NCBI GenBank assembly: GCA_013265495.1
Contig: MU058337.1
Span: forward strand, 5,622,716 to 5,686,715
DNA: 64,000 nucleotides
Source: Vicugna vicugna
Lineage: Eukaryota
Direction: 5' to 3'
The notes beneath the pieces are model-generated. The model saw only the letters and a list, made by a program, of their open reading frames with translations. It was not told the DNA's origin and made no database searches. The position numbers and the translations under genes are program-made. Positions 12,296-25,308 of the stretch are shown here, piece by piece. Every line of letters begins with the position of its first letter. Position 1 is the stretch's first letter.

Positions 12296-14533
12296 TAACA
12301 CTTATAATTCTCTTCAGGGTCAACTTGTTGTATAAAGCATTTAAGCATTCTCTCATCCAACAAATATTTGTGAGGTACCTGCTGTCTTTCAGGGACTGGA
12401 ATTGGAAAGTTTCTCCATTCACCCTGACAGCTGTATATACTGAGAACTCTCTCCGTTCCAGGCACCTTGATCTGTGCTGGGTGTGATTCGGGGTATCAAA
12501 GCCTTGGCTACCATACTTGTGGGGCTCACCGTCTTTCCTACCTCTGGTTTCCATGAGGAAATCCTACTGCAGACACTCCTGGCCTCCTGCCCCACTACTA
12601 AGCCCTCCCTGAGGAGGCAGAAGGACTCACCTGCTAGTTTGGTTCAAGTCTCCACCGTGTGGAGCTAAACTCTCAAAGATTCCAGTGCAGACAGAGGACG
12701 GTGGCATCTGTCCTCTTCCTCCTCCACCTTGTCCAGCAGAAACAGCCATCTGGTTGAGTGTAGATGCTCTGAAGACTCTCAGTTTCTCTCAGAAGGGCTG
12801 TCTGAGGACTCAACAGAGGGAAAGGGAGGTGTTCACCCACCTGGGCACAGACATCAACCTTCACCTTCTAGTTCCACGTCCTAGCCTCTGATGGTGATAC
12901 TTCAGTTTTCCCATCGTGACTCTCCATATCTTATTTTCCAGCCAATCCAAAACTTAGATGGAGAAGGGGGTGATGTATAATTCCCTCAAAGATACCAATA
13001 GCACCTGAATAGAGGAAACAGAATTTTTTAAAATGTAAGCCAACCCCTAATAAGACAGTTACCAACGGTACAATTTGGCACATGCCCTGCCTTCAAGGAC
13101 CTTACAATCTATTAGGGAAAATGAGTCGTGAGTACACATGATTTTAATACACAGAACACTGTGGCACTAAGGAGACAGAAAGTGCTATGGGACCATGAGA
13201 GAGAAAGCAGGGGTGAAATGTACACAGAAACTAAATCACTTGATCAGCCAGCCCTCTTTGGTGTGTGTTTCTGTGGCAACTCCCATGTACCTTCTGTGAC
13301 AATGTCACTCAGGGATTCATAACAGTGAAGGTGACAGAGTAACTCCATGTTCCCTGACGAATCCTGGCACCATTGTGACTTCTTATTCTATCTTGTTTCT
13401 TGGGTTAGACAGAAATTTATGTTTTGATTATTCCCTGATAATTCATGTCATAATAGCAATAATTAAAACTTCACAGTTTCAGCTTTTCCCTTCTTCAGTT
13501 TTTAATCTCACAGCTTGAAAAAAAATGTTTCAGGCTTTCGAGAATTGCACGAAAATATGGTGCAAAAGCCATAGGACATGCAACTTCATCACAACAAACT
13601 GGGTGAAAAAGAGAGAGAAGAGAGCTTGAAATAATAGGGCAAAGCACAAACTAAAATTTAGGGGACTGCGGGGATCATAGATAAAATCCATGGCCCTGCC
13701 CTCAAATTTTTCATTATTGCTATAAGGACTGTCTTTATTTGGACCACGCAGTATATGATGGGTATAATTCCAGAGGGCTCTCTGATGCAATGTTCCTTTT
13801 CTGTAGAAGGGGAAACAGTATGTGGGCTTTGATCTAGCTCTCAGAAGCACCTGGATTCAGCCTGAGAGATCACAACTGTTCTCTGCTCTCTCCTAGCTTG
13901 TCAGCCCTGTGTACCAGACTGTGGTTACACTAACGCCCTTCTAAATGACTCGTCTGAAGAACTCGTCATGTATGTAGAGTTCCCTTGTCTTTATGAGTCA
14001 CTGAGACCTCACCATCACAGTCCTGCTTCTCACGATCCTCCGCCTTATTAGGAAAATTCCTAACGGTGTCGATGAGTGTGTCACACTAAAAAAGGTGGAG
14101 GCAGAGAGACAAGGGCACCTGGTGTGAGTGTCAACAACTGTCCCCACCAGCCCATAGTCATATTTGTCAGCCTGGCCTGCTCCCACGTGCTCACACCCAC
14201 CCATACTTGTTACACATCCCCCACCCCAGGTCACAGCTGGTTGGACTAGAATTAGGCAGTGGGTCCAGGCTGGGCCAGGGTCCCTTCTCTGGGAATCTGG
14301 GATCGAGGGGGCCAAGGACGTGCTTTGAGGCTGGATCCGCACTTCCCATAGACAGAGCAGCAGGGAGAGCCGGCGGACCCAAAAGAATGAAGAACAAACC
14401 ACAGAGAAACAGAGCCCAAGAGATGGGCAAAAACATTCCCTGGGATTTTAGTGCAATTCCTGGCTCCTGTAATGATCGTTTCTGAATCCCAGCCCATCCC
14501 TGACCTTAAGTTCTATAAAACATACCTGCTTGT

Positions 14534-14863
14534 TGCTAAAAGATAAACTGAGGCATATTAAAAGTTTTAAGAGATTACATGAGCAAAAATCATTCCAGGC
14601 AGCGCCACACCCTGTTAGGAGGGCTCCACCATCAGGAGCTGGGGAGAGGCTTTTGTAGGGAAAAGACAGCAGCAAAACAAGGAAACGACTGATTGGCTGG
14701 AGCTTGAAGCCTACTTAGTTAGCTGTTTGTGATTGGTTGTCCTTAGGTTTCGTAACCTTGAGGCATTCGCAGGCTCCGTCGATTTTGGCTTGCTTACTAT
14801 GCCACCGCACAGAGCATTAGAGCTACCTCAGTCTTACGGCCTCCTTATTTAATTAATGTAACA
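14534..14863 (-). mobile_element. ERV1 solo LTR, apparently inserted into an older ERVL (LTR16/LTR33-like) LTR spanning ~14200-14930
   Basis: TG...CA termini; TSD ttgt/ctgt; the minus strand begins 'tgttacattaattaaataaggaggccgtaagactgaggtagctctaatgc'. Confidence 0.7.
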
Positions 14864-15399
14864 CTGTGCTCTCATAATAAATTCCCCCCCTTTTTTTTCC
14901 ACTTAAATTGTTTTAGTTACTTGAAATCCAGAGATCAATTCAGTGCAGAGCTGTTGTAAAAAATCCCTGGGCGTGTAAGTTGTAGCAAAAGTCATAATGA
15001 ACAGTAATGCCTTACACACAGGTGATGTCACTCTCCCTGTGAATTCCCTAGGACACACGAACAGTGCCTGTAAGCAACTCATTTTATATCAATAGACATT
15101 CTCCAACCCGAACTCGAGTGCCCTCAGCCCCTCCTGGAAAATACGGCTGCTTGTCATTGGCTTGGCTCTGCCCAGTCACTCCTGTCTCCATGAAGATAAT
15201 GGTTCGGGACAGTGCAACTCGGATAAAAACCACCAGTCTCAGCAGCATGCAGCCCAGAACATCAAAACCCAATGGCACTCGTTCACATCAGTCACCAGTG
15301 GCTCCACTTAACAGCCTTTTTGAAGAAAAAAGAGGAGAAAAGAGCATTCTTGTTGCTGCATTGAGGAGTGTGAAAACGACCATTTGTATAACACAGCTT

Positions 15400-16200
15400 C
15401 TGCCGTGAACACTGAGATGCCTACAACGTAGATGGAGATCAAAACAGCGCCGGCAAACGAATAATGCCAAAGTGTCTCAAGAAGAACACCCAAGGCTTTG
15501 TTTTCGGATTTATTTAAAAGGCTCACAGGTTGCAAGCATCCTTTCTTTCTCATTTCCAAAGGGTTTGTCATGCCTGCCCTGCGCCAGTGCGGCTGAGCTG
15601 GATCTCCGGTGCCCTTCTTTAAAGCGTGCATAAAGCAGAGATGCCCAGAGCTTGCCCAGAGCAGTAGACCCGGCCCCAGCTGCCACAGTCCTGGAATGCG
15701 GGCCACCGTGGGCTGCAGAGCAATGAAAGCCCAGGATCAGGCATCTCCGACGCTTTGATTTTCAAGAACAGCTTGACACCCATAGCAACGTGGCTAACGT
15801 GAAAAACACAAGATAAAAACATTCCATTTAATTAAAAGCCTACAGTTCAATGGTAGCATAATTATTACAAGTGCATTTTATGGCTGTCTGCTTTCATTTT
15901 GGGTACATAAATTAATATGCAAATTACCAGCCCCTCTCGTCTTCTTAAGAAGTTCTCTCTATCAATCTTTTCTCCGACATGTCAATTGCATAAAGCACGG
16001 CTTTTTAAATGCAAAATAAAATTCACATTTATGGTTCTTCTGAAGTCTCCCTGTGCTGGCAAGCTTTGTTTTAGATGAAGAGTGTTTAATTAACAGAGCA
16101 CACCTCTCTCTGAAGGCCTTCAGGACCACAGAGAGGAGGCCAAGACATTCTACAGTCGTCTGGCTAATCAGGATTAAAGACTATTTTCCATCTCAAGGAC
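15400..16200. promoter_or_regulatory. Candidate conserved non-coding element / developmental enhancer
   Basis: No recognisable repeat; octamer ATGCAAAT 15917-15924, TTTATGG at 15877 and 16028, TTAATTAA 15828, X-box-like CATAGCAAC 15781; CpGs locally retained. Confidence 0.45.
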
Positions 16201-16707
16201 CACCTATCAAGGTATTTGTAGTTCTCCATTCATCCCTTCAAGGACTTTGTTATGGGAAAATATTGTTCTGATTTACAAAAAAGCAAACTCCCAAACCGTA
16301 GACAGATGAATTTAGTATTATTCACTGGGAAATTCTATAACAAATTACTTGAGATGGTTTGTAGGTATTTAGGAAATTCTTTGCACTCAGACAGCGGAGC
16401 CAAGGAAGTGGTGTGAGCTTTCAGAACAAGACGTGCCCAACTGACCTCATTTCCCTCTTTGGGAGAGTTACTAACTGGCATAACAGGAACACTCCATAAA
16501 TATAATATATCTCACTGTCAATGAGGCTTTTGGAAAAATCTTTTGTGATTTCCTAGTAGACGTTATATAGTAGATGAACCAGTTGTTTGAACAGTCACAT
16601 GCATTTTTATTGGACTAGCAGGGACCTGAAGGTGGGAGATCCAGGTAAGCTCTGACTCCAAACTTGGTATCGTTCCATCATCATCTCTAGCGTTGGCCTG
16701 AATAAAG

Positions 16708-17282
16708 TGAAGAAAACCAGAATGTCACCCTCAAATATGCCTCTTTGACAAAAGAATTATTTTGAACTGAAGGCAGTTAAGCAGCAGCAATCATGGAAAA
16801 AGCTTGCTGCCTCTCCCCCGATTTGCCAAAAGCAGGACATCAGTTTACAAAGGGGTGCCTCTTCTCCTCTCTACCAGGAAAGACAAAAGTTGATCACTGG
16901 TGACACCTGTAGGCCCTCATCAGCCTGGAGATGGCACCAGAGGAATCTATGGAATCAACTTTACCGACTAACCTTCATCTACCATTAATTTTCCATGCAT
17001 CTGACTTCCCTCGATTTGTTGCCCCAAGGGTCACAATGTCCCTTTCCTTTGTCTTGTCACTTGTCTAAAAACATATTGTTCCTGTGCTAAGATACTACAT
17101 AAACTCAGGTTCTAACCAAACCTTTGAGTGTCTCCTGCCTGGGTACTCCCTGTGTTACATTTATGGTGCACATGTGAAGAAGCCTCTGTTCATTTTCCTT
17201 CTGTTAATCTGAAAGTCTCACTTAAAGGGCTCCAGATGGAGCACCTAAGACGAGCAGAGGAAGAGACTTTTCCTTCCCTACA
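16708..17282 (+). mobile_element. ERV1 solo LTR, MER34-like
   Basis: TG...CA termini; perfect 4-bp TSD aaag (16704-16707 / 17283-17286); 5' motif 'tgtcaccctcaaatatgcctctttgac...attattttgaactgaaggca'. Confidence 0.85.
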
Positions 17283-18491
17283 AAAGTCAGAGGAAATCTG
17301 CTTGAATGATGTAGAAATGTCTCAGTACTAGAAGGGACAACCAATACGCTCTTTGTTAGAATTAAAACTCCTGAAATTAAAACATCTCTGGAGACTGAGC
17401 CTATTCAATGAAAAAAAACCATTTTAAAGAACAAGAATGACTTAACAGTTCATTGGGGGCAGGGAGAAAGTTTTGGTTGCCTGTGAATCCAAGAGTGCCT
17501 ATTAGCTTGATGTGGATGAATACGTAACAATAACAGGTTTCATTAAAATAAGAATTTTTATAGAATATAAGCTAAATGAGGGCCCAGACTTCATCTTTCT
17601 CAGTGCCAGTGCCAAGAACAGTGACACACAGTAGGGACTCAATAAACATTTACTGGATAAAGAACATACTTTCCATCTATCTTTTAAAAATATAAATAGA
17701 ACTTGCATTGATTGTAGAAAATTTGGAAAGCATTTTAAAGCACAAAGAAGAAATACAAATCACCCTGAGTCCTGAGATAATCTCTTAATAGGTTAGTATA
17801 TTTCTTTCAAGTCTTTTTCTTCATGCACTTTTCACATGGTCTAAATAAACAATTTTCTATCCTAGCTTATCTACATTATAAAAATTATTTTCTAAATCAT
17901 TAAAAATCTTCATAAATGCAATTTATGTAACTATATAACAGTCCATTTTGTGGATGTACCACCACTAACTGTTGGCTATTGAGGTTGTTTCAAAATGTTT
18001 TATATATTTAAACAACACTGTGGAAAGTACCCCTCTGTGTGAAGCTTTTTCTGTTTCAGAATGAGTTAGAACTTTCTTGCAGTTGGAGATCTTCAGAAGT
18101 AAAGCAAGTTCCTTTATGAAGATAGGCAAGGATAGACAATGCCTTCCAGGGAAGTAACGGAGAAAACAGTTAATTTTGGTGAAGTATGAGCTCTGGAACC
18201 ACAGATTTCTGTCTGACTTTGGCCCCACTGTACAACAGCTCCATATCTAGTTTTCTCAAAGCCAAGGCTGTTTCCTAGCCTGTAAAATGGGAGCAATAAT
18301 ATGGACTTTGCTGGATTGCTACGAAGGAAAGGGGGAAATACTGCCTAAAGTCCTGATGTAGTAACTCAGGACATGGTGGCTGTTGTAATTGCTGTTTCTA
18401 TCCTTCTTACTATATGATTTTTCAGGTGCATGCATCTTGCTTTTGATTTGGATAGATCTGACCATACAGAATGCTGGATGAGGCTGTGCAG

Positions 18492-18650
18492 CTGGACCAA
18501 TTCCACCATTTGCAGGGCCTAGTGCAAAGTGAAAATTATTAAGATTTTCAAGATGGCAACAGCAGAACATTAAAGGGAGCACAGGACTCTTCTAAGCACA
18601 GGGCCCTGGGCAAGTGGCACTAGTCTGCACTAGTGCACACAGCAGCCCTG
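18492..18650 (-). mobile_element. MER45A-like hAT-Tip100 MITE
   Basis: 'tttgcagggcctagtgcaaagtgaaaat', 'ttcaagatggcaacagcagaacattaaa', 'cacagggccctg', terminal 'gccctg'. Confidence 0.75.
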
Positions 18651-19123
18651 ATGGGACCCTTCCTCTGGGAGGTCCCTGTAACACAGTGAAGGAGGACCTC
18701 AGCAAGTCCACCCCGTTGTGTTATTGCAAACCTGGGCATGATAATCCAAGCCTCAAGAGGCCTTTAACAGAGTTCTGTAACTTTGCTCCCTGGAACACAT
18801 AACCAGTCACTGTTGGCCAGAAAGTTCTTCCCAGTCAGCTGAACAACCAGTAAGTCTTGAGAACAAGCCCATTTTTTGAAGGGTACTACAAAAAGAGCGA
18901 GTTCTGACTCACTGCTTTCAAAAACTTCTAAATTCATACCACACATGCCTCTCCTAAAAGTCTCCCACTACCTTCCATGGTATATATAGTGTTCCATCTT
19001 TGTCTTTAAATTGTTCTGGAAGATTCCAAAACATAATTTTATTCAATGACAACAACAACAACAAAAAAACAGTTTCCTCCTTTCTTGAGAATCTAAACCA
19101 ATATTGCTGTGGTTTATGTGAAT

Positions 19124-19640
19124 TATAGGAGAGGAAAAATAATTTTCCTTCTACCCTTCTGAGTTCTTGGCTGAGACTCCCTATAGTAAAAGACAGATTA
19201 ACAAGAGAAAAACAAATAGAAGCTTATTAACATGTCTACCTCATGCATACATCACAAAGACCCAGGAAAACTCAGTAACTCCCCAAGATGGTTCAAGCCA
19301 CCACCTTCAATGCCATCTTCAGGTAAAGAAAAAAAAGAAAGACAGGAGGAGGGCAGTAAGGAGAGGTGACCAGGAAAAGCACAGTAAACAAGGGTGAGGT
19401 TCATTATGAAGATTTAAGCCTAAACTTTCTCCCCTGTTAAGAGTTTCTTATGATTTGAGCCATTCCTCTTTTTGGTGCAGAGATATATATGCTCACAAAT
19501 GAAAATTTCCTTCACAGAAAGATCATCTCTATTCTGTCTTCAGAGCTCCTTCTCTGTCTCCTGTTTCTCAAAAATAATCAGCTTAAAATAATCCTTATGC
19601 CAGAGTTGTATTTTGGGGTGGCATTTCCTGCTACCCTTCA
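19124..19640 (-). mobile_element. ERV1 solo LTR, MER34/MER39-like
   Basis: TSD gaat/gaac; the minus strand starts 'tgaagggtagcaggaaatgccaccccaaaatacaactctggcataaggattattt'. Confidence 0.8.
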
Positions 19641-19927
19641 GAACAACAGGTGGTTATTAATATCCAGTAGATGTTGATAAGAAGAATGGCTGATTACCAA
19701 CATTCATATCTCTTTCTACATTAAAAAAAAAATTCTTTTACCATATCCCAATATTTTCTTTTCCAAACTCTCAATGTTTCTTTCTAAAGAGGCTACCTAC
19801 AAGTATTGCTTCATCCATCAAATGATCAAGTTAAATACTAGATACATTATTCAACGAAGGATCCACCTCCCCTGCCCAACTCTATTTCACATTCCTTCTT
19901 CAACCTGGGTCTTAATAGAAGTGTCCC

Positions 19928-20402
19928 TGTGTGGTGAGCTAAATAGTAGTCCCCAAAGCTGTCTACATCCTAATCCCTGGAACCTTTGAACACTACCTTA
20001 CATGGCAAAGGGACTCTGCAGATGTGATTAAGTTAAGGATCTTGGAATGGGGATTATCCTGGATTATCTGGGTGGGCTCTAAATATAATCACAAGGGTTC
20101 TTTTAAGAGGGCGGTAAGAGGGTCACAGAGGAAATGGAGACATGACAACAGAACATGAGGATCAGTGTGAGGAAGGGGTCATGCATCAAAGAATGCAGGT
20201 GGCCTCCAGAGCTGGAAACAGCACAGAAACAGATTCTCCCGTAGAGCCCCAGAAGAGACCAGCCTTGCTGATACCTGACTTCAGCCCAGTGAGTCTAATT
20301 TTGGACTCTTGGCCTCCAGAACCATTAAGAGAGTACATTTGTGTTGCCTTACAACATTAAGTTTGTAGTAATTTGTCACAGCAACCATAGGAAACAAATA
20401 TA
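19928..20402 (+). mobile_element. MaLR solo LTR, MLT1D-like
   Basis: 'atcctaatccctggaacct', 'tgcagatgtgattaagttaaggatcttg', 'gcaaccataggaaac'. Confidence 0.85.
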
Positions 20403-22239
20403 TCCTCTCTGAGTATCCATTATTCTTCTTCTAGAAAATGTTTACTTTGGCACCCATATCCTATCAACTCCTTCTTCTGTCAACCTTATGAACAAATTAC
20501 TTCTATGGGGAAAAGAAATTATCAAATACCACTGGTATTAATTTAATTCATTTTTACTGTAATGTTTTTAAAACACATAAAATATTGAACTAAGTATCAA
20601 CTCCTTCTAGTTACAGCTCTTAGACAGCTCTACAGCCAAAATAAATGTATAGAGCAAGTACCAATAAAATTACAACACCAATATGATTTTTCAAAAGCCA
20701 TTAATGTGATGGATGAAGTTTACTGAGAGCAAATCACCAACTTCGAGGTTAATAGAAGAAAGATATATACATGACTTTGGGTTTCACTTATTGTTGGCTG
20801 GATTCTCTTGACTTTAAGTAATGTGGGTCATCATCGAAGCTTTCTCTCACTGCTACCTCTGTTGATATTCTTCCTTTCCAGCACTAACCTGAAATGTAAC
20901 CCTGATCCATTTCATCCATGGGTCTGCAAAGTTGTAGCATATTCGAACACAAAATACTGCAATCTTTTACAATGTCACTTAAAGCAGAAAATTTATAATT
21001 TCATATTTAATGCTATTGTTGTTGCCAGTAAATTACTGAAAAGAAGTATGTGGCCATTCAGGGTCAGAGCAACATCAATCAGTACATTAACTTGTTGGTT
21101 CTTTCGTGTTGAGCAGCTACATGCCACGTGTTAATTAATTCAAACTCCACTTTCTTTATATCTGAACTTCTATGAATCACTTTTTTCATTCAGTGTCCTA
21201 GCACATTCTTTTCTGACTTATGTTTAGCACAAATACGATTGCCAAGTAGAAGAGCAAATGCAGGCCTAACATTTCTGGGCCAATCCAGTTAAAGAGAGTC
21301 ATGTGGGCCACACAGTTTGCCATCAAATAAACAGAAGTGAAAATATAAAGATGGTAAATTTTCATAAAATTAACAGCCCCTGGAAAATGTAACCATAAGC
21401 CCCAGGGGCCAGAAAAGCCATTTTGGAAACTTTTAATCTAGCCTTCTCTCATTGCTCTACTTTATTTTTCCCTCTCCTCCAGTTGCTGTAACTATTTCGT
21501 TCCCATAAATTTCCTTTCCTTCCCTAAAGTGGCCCAGTCTGTTTTACTTCCCTCTCTCTTGTCTTATGGAAAACCCCACAGATATTAATTTCCCACCCAG
21601 TAATCCTTCCCACCTGATCAATGGTGGAGCCCCTGCCATCTGGAAGAGCTGAGAAATATAAGAAGCCCAGGGCTGCCTACTGGTGACCACAAGAAGCGCC
21701 ATTCCAATTCTCTCAGCGAACGCACTGATGACACTTTCTTCTCAGTGTTCCTTCCACTACGGTTGCTTCCAGGGTATTCAAATAACTCACAGATCATTAT
21801 TACCTAATCATGTTGTTCTAAATACACTGACCCCTTGTCGGGGGACTTTCACAGTCATGACAATGGACATCTGCAGCAGCTGTGTGTGCATCAGACCTGG
21901 GACATCAGCTTCATTGCTCTGTCTAGACAGGTGGTGCTCCCTCTGCTGAGCAAAGCAACTAGAGACTAGGCTGTGAGCACTTCTACTCAACCAATATGAC
22001 TGCTAATGTAGGTGTTTCAGAAAAGAATTTTGGAATTACCCAAATAGTATAAGCATACTGTCACACATTTCAGAACCTGAATGAAACAACTCAATTCTAA
22101 ACACTAAGAGGCAAAATAAATATTCAGTTGATGTCAGGTAGAGAAAACTCCAGAATGAATGACTGTCTTCCACTTTGCATCCACAAAGACTGCATCCTTG
22201 CTCCCGAGTGTTCCTCCTCCCTGGGTCCTCACGCTTTGT

Positions 22240-22814
22240 CTTGGGACTACAGGGTTTTTTTTTTCTACTGGAGTTTATTCCTCATCCCATTAAAGTTAGG
22301 TTTGGCTATGGGATTTGTTCCAGCCCCCGGAATGAGGGTGGAAGTGATGGTGCAAGTCCTGAGCTAAGGCCTTAAGAGAAATTTCATGTTTCTGCTCACC
22401 CTTCTGGAAGCTTCCAATGTCTGCCATGAGACAAACACACCCCAGTTACCCTGCTTCTCCAGGAAACTGAGAGATGGGAGACCTGTCAAGCCTGAACCCA
22501 GCCAAGACTGACTAGCACTATCTGTTATGGGCTGGATTGTGTCCCCAACAAATTTCATGTAAGTCCTAACGCCTAGTATCTTAGAATGTTTGACTGTTAT
22601 TTGGAGATAGGGCCTTTAAAAGAGGTAATTAAATGAGATTTTATGATTAGGCCCTAATCCAGTATGACTGGAGGAGGGTCCTCATCAAGAACCTGACCAT
22701 GCTGAGACCTTCATCTCAGAATTCCAGCCTCCAGACTGTAAGAAAGAAATGTCTGTGGTTTAAGCAGTTAACACCCAGTCAATGATATTCTGTCTGGCAG
22801 CCCAAACTAAGACA
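22240..22814 (+). mobile_element. Older MLT1 (H/I/J-like) fragment followed by an MLT1A/B-like LTR (22523-22814)
   Basis: 'gtggaagtgatggtgcaagtcctgagctaaggccttaagag'; then 'tgttatgggctggattgtgtcccc' to 'gcagcccaaactaagaca'. Confidence 0.75.
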
Positions 22815-22884
22815 TTCAGTGTGCTAACGATTGGTGAGAACCGACTAATAGGTAATACAATTATAGCTTATATTTGTACTACAC

Positions 22885-23105
22885 GTTGGGCAGTTTGGCT
22901 TAGCAGAAAGTGCACAAAATTAGAACAGGTCTGTGTTTGTATCACAACCCTACTGCTCACTAGCTGTGTGACTTCAAAAGTTATTCGGCCTCTTTGAGCT
23001 TTGATTGCACAACTTTAAATGAGTATGGTGATACCTGTGCTATCTGGTATTGTGCCTGGCCTGATAAGAATTTAATAAATCAAAGTTTTTATTATCATTG
23101 TCATC
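22885..23105 (+). mobile_element. MIR SINE
   Basis: MIR core-like 'ctactgctcactagctgtgtgactt...cctctttgagc'. Confidence 0.6.
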
Positions 23106-23672
23106 ATTGTTTGGCTTTGCTACGTAATAGAACTATTTAGCTCAAAACATTCTATCTTGCTGCCAGACTAAAAACTCCTCAAAGTTAGGGACAAACATTC
23201 TCACTCAGTATGTTTTTATTGGCTGTATGCACACATCTGCATTTTCCACAGGAAACAAGCCGCTACCACTAGGGATAATTGACAATTCAGAGAAATCACT
23301 CATAGAAGGAAGGCCCTCTGATGGTGGTGATAAAAACTTAAACAGCTAATTTTAAAGAACGCATCCAAGAGGAATATTTCACAAGCCTTGGGTAACTAAT
23401 TCATTTGAGATGAGAAGTAAGTTATTTATTGATTATAGCTAGATAGGTTAGTGACATGTTTCTGAAATTTTTGTTCCCTGGTCACATCTTCATTCTGGCT
23501 ACGTGACTGTATTTCACTGGTTTTGCCGTGTTCTCATGTTAAAACTGAAAGCTGTGATTAAACTGAAGTTTTTTCCATTTTCTTTATGGTTGAAAATATC
23601 AGCACATCTTCCACCCCCACAAAGGTTATTCTACAAGATTTTTATCACAGTGTGGATTCTAAACTTGCATTT

Positions 23673-23782
23673 TTTTACATTTTTATTGATTTATAATCAT
23701 TTTACAATGTTGTGTCAAATTCCAGTGTTCAGCACAATTTTTCAGTCATTCATGGACATATACACACTCATTGTCACATTTT
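23673..23782 (-). mobile_element. Young, severely 5'-truncated lineage-specific L1 3' end (~110 bp)
   Basis: Perfect 13-bp TSD TAAACTTGCATTT (23660-23672 / 23783-23795); body 'tttacatttttattgatttataatcattttacaatgttgtgtcaaattccagtg'. Confidence 0.85.
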
Positions 23783-24459
23783 TAAACTTGCATTTAACGT
23801 AAGCAATGGCAAGGATCAGAATGTTTGGAATGGGTACTGAGGGTTTAAACAGACCATTCCTGCCTTCAGATATGCACTTGTAACTTTCAAGAAAATGAAG
23901 GGGGAAAAAATTCTGCTAACCCTTTCAGTGTCCGAATGTTATCCTAAGTCTGTCATCTGAAAAAATACATTGAGTTCTTTTTATTTGCAACCCCTAAATT
24001 CAGGCATAATTCTTAGCAATTTGCAGTCTTCTGTATAAAAATAGCACTTTGGTTATTTATTTACGTGTGTTGTTTCTTGGAGGTGTTTATGGATTTTTTT
24101 AATAGTTTTATGTTATTTTAGACTTATAGAAATGATACATGCTCATTGCCTTCCTCAAATTAGAAGATACTGAAATTTTTAAAGAAGAAAATAACAAATG
24201 CCCCCAGTCCACAACCCAGAGTTAACCACAGTTAGTATTTTGGTTTGTAGCCTTTTAGACTTTATATAGTCATATGCAAAAATTGATTTTTATGAGGTAG
24301 AGTCATATTCTACATGCTGCTTTGTATACATACACATGCTACTGTATACAGTTATACATGTTTTTCCCCTTAATAATTTGCTGTGGACAGCTTTTCATGT
24401 CAATGAATATAGATCTTTGCCATTATTTTCAATAGCTTTACAGTTTTCCACTCTATAAA

Positions 24460-24692
24460 CCAAAGACTGGCAAACTTTTGTTTCTATACAGACAAAAGAT
24501 GAGCGAAGTAGGCCAAATGTGGCCCGCTGCCTGTTTTGGTATGGCCCACAAGCCAAAGACGATTTTTATATTTTTTAGTGGTTACATTTTAAATTATTAC
24601 ATTATTGCATTTGTAATATCCTCAGTTTTACCTCTTGACCCCAAATCCGAAAATATTTTTATCTGGCCTTTTAAGAAAAAGTGCCAACCCCT
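24460..24692. mobile_element. MER58-like hAT-Charlie element within an old L1ME fragment (~24150-24930)
   Basis: 'tggcaaact', 'ggccaaatgtggcccgctgcctgtttt', 'atctggccttttaagaaaaagtgccaacccctg'. Confidence 0.75.
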
Positions 24693-24942
24693 GGTACAGG
24701 TGTGTCATAATTCACTTAGTTCATCCCAGATTGATGGATGAGTTCGGCATTTCCAGCATCTCTCTAAGGTAAGCACCACTGCAGTGAACAACTGTAGGTA
24801 TACTTTTGAACACTGCTCCAAGTTTTCCTTACGATAAAATCCTATTCGTGGAATAATAAATTGGAGAAAAGTAAACTCTTTGTTAAATTTTTAATACGTG
24901 TTGCCTAATTGTCCTCCACAAATTTGCCCTATTTAAAGCGCA

Positions 24943-25308
24943 CTTATGGACTGAATATTTGTTTCCCCCCGAAGTTCATATACTGAAGTCCCAACTCTCA
25001 GTGTGATGTATTAAAAGATGGAGCTTTTGCAAGGTGATTAGGATATGAAAGCGGGGCCCTGGTCTGATGGGATTAATGCCCCTATAAGAAGAGAAAGAGA
25101 GACAGAGAGACAGAAAAAATCTCCGTCATGTGAGGACACAGCAGGAAGGCCATCTGCAAGCCCTGAAGAGAGCTCTCACATGGAACCGAATCTGCTGGTA
25201 CCTTGATCTTGGACTCCCCAGCCTACAGAACTGTGAGAAAACAAATTTCCATTGTTCAAGCCCCCCAGTCTGTGGTATTTATTATGGCAGCCCAAGAAGA
25301 CTAAGATA
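24943..25308 (+). mobile_element. MaLR solo LTR, MLT1A-like
   Basis: 'tatggactgaatatttgtttcccc', 'atgtgaggacacagcaggaagg', 'atggcagcccaagaagactaaga'. Confidence 0.85.

Noticed and set aside
12093..12554. ORFs with poly-Ile, poly-Leu or poly-Asn runs that look like signal peptides
   Set aside because: They are translations of the (ATT)n microsatellite; the VCVC ORF at 54513-54737 likewise comes from (CA)n.
13950..13990. CTGAAGA followed by a gaactc/gagttc stem (hammerhead-like)
   Set aside because: There is no GAAA after the stem and no stem I/III pairing.
15064..15408. 114-aa ORF in unique DNA next to the enhancer-like block
   Set aside because: GTG start, no recognisable homology and no convincing flanking splice sites; a tBLASTn/PhyloCSF test would be needed to revive it.
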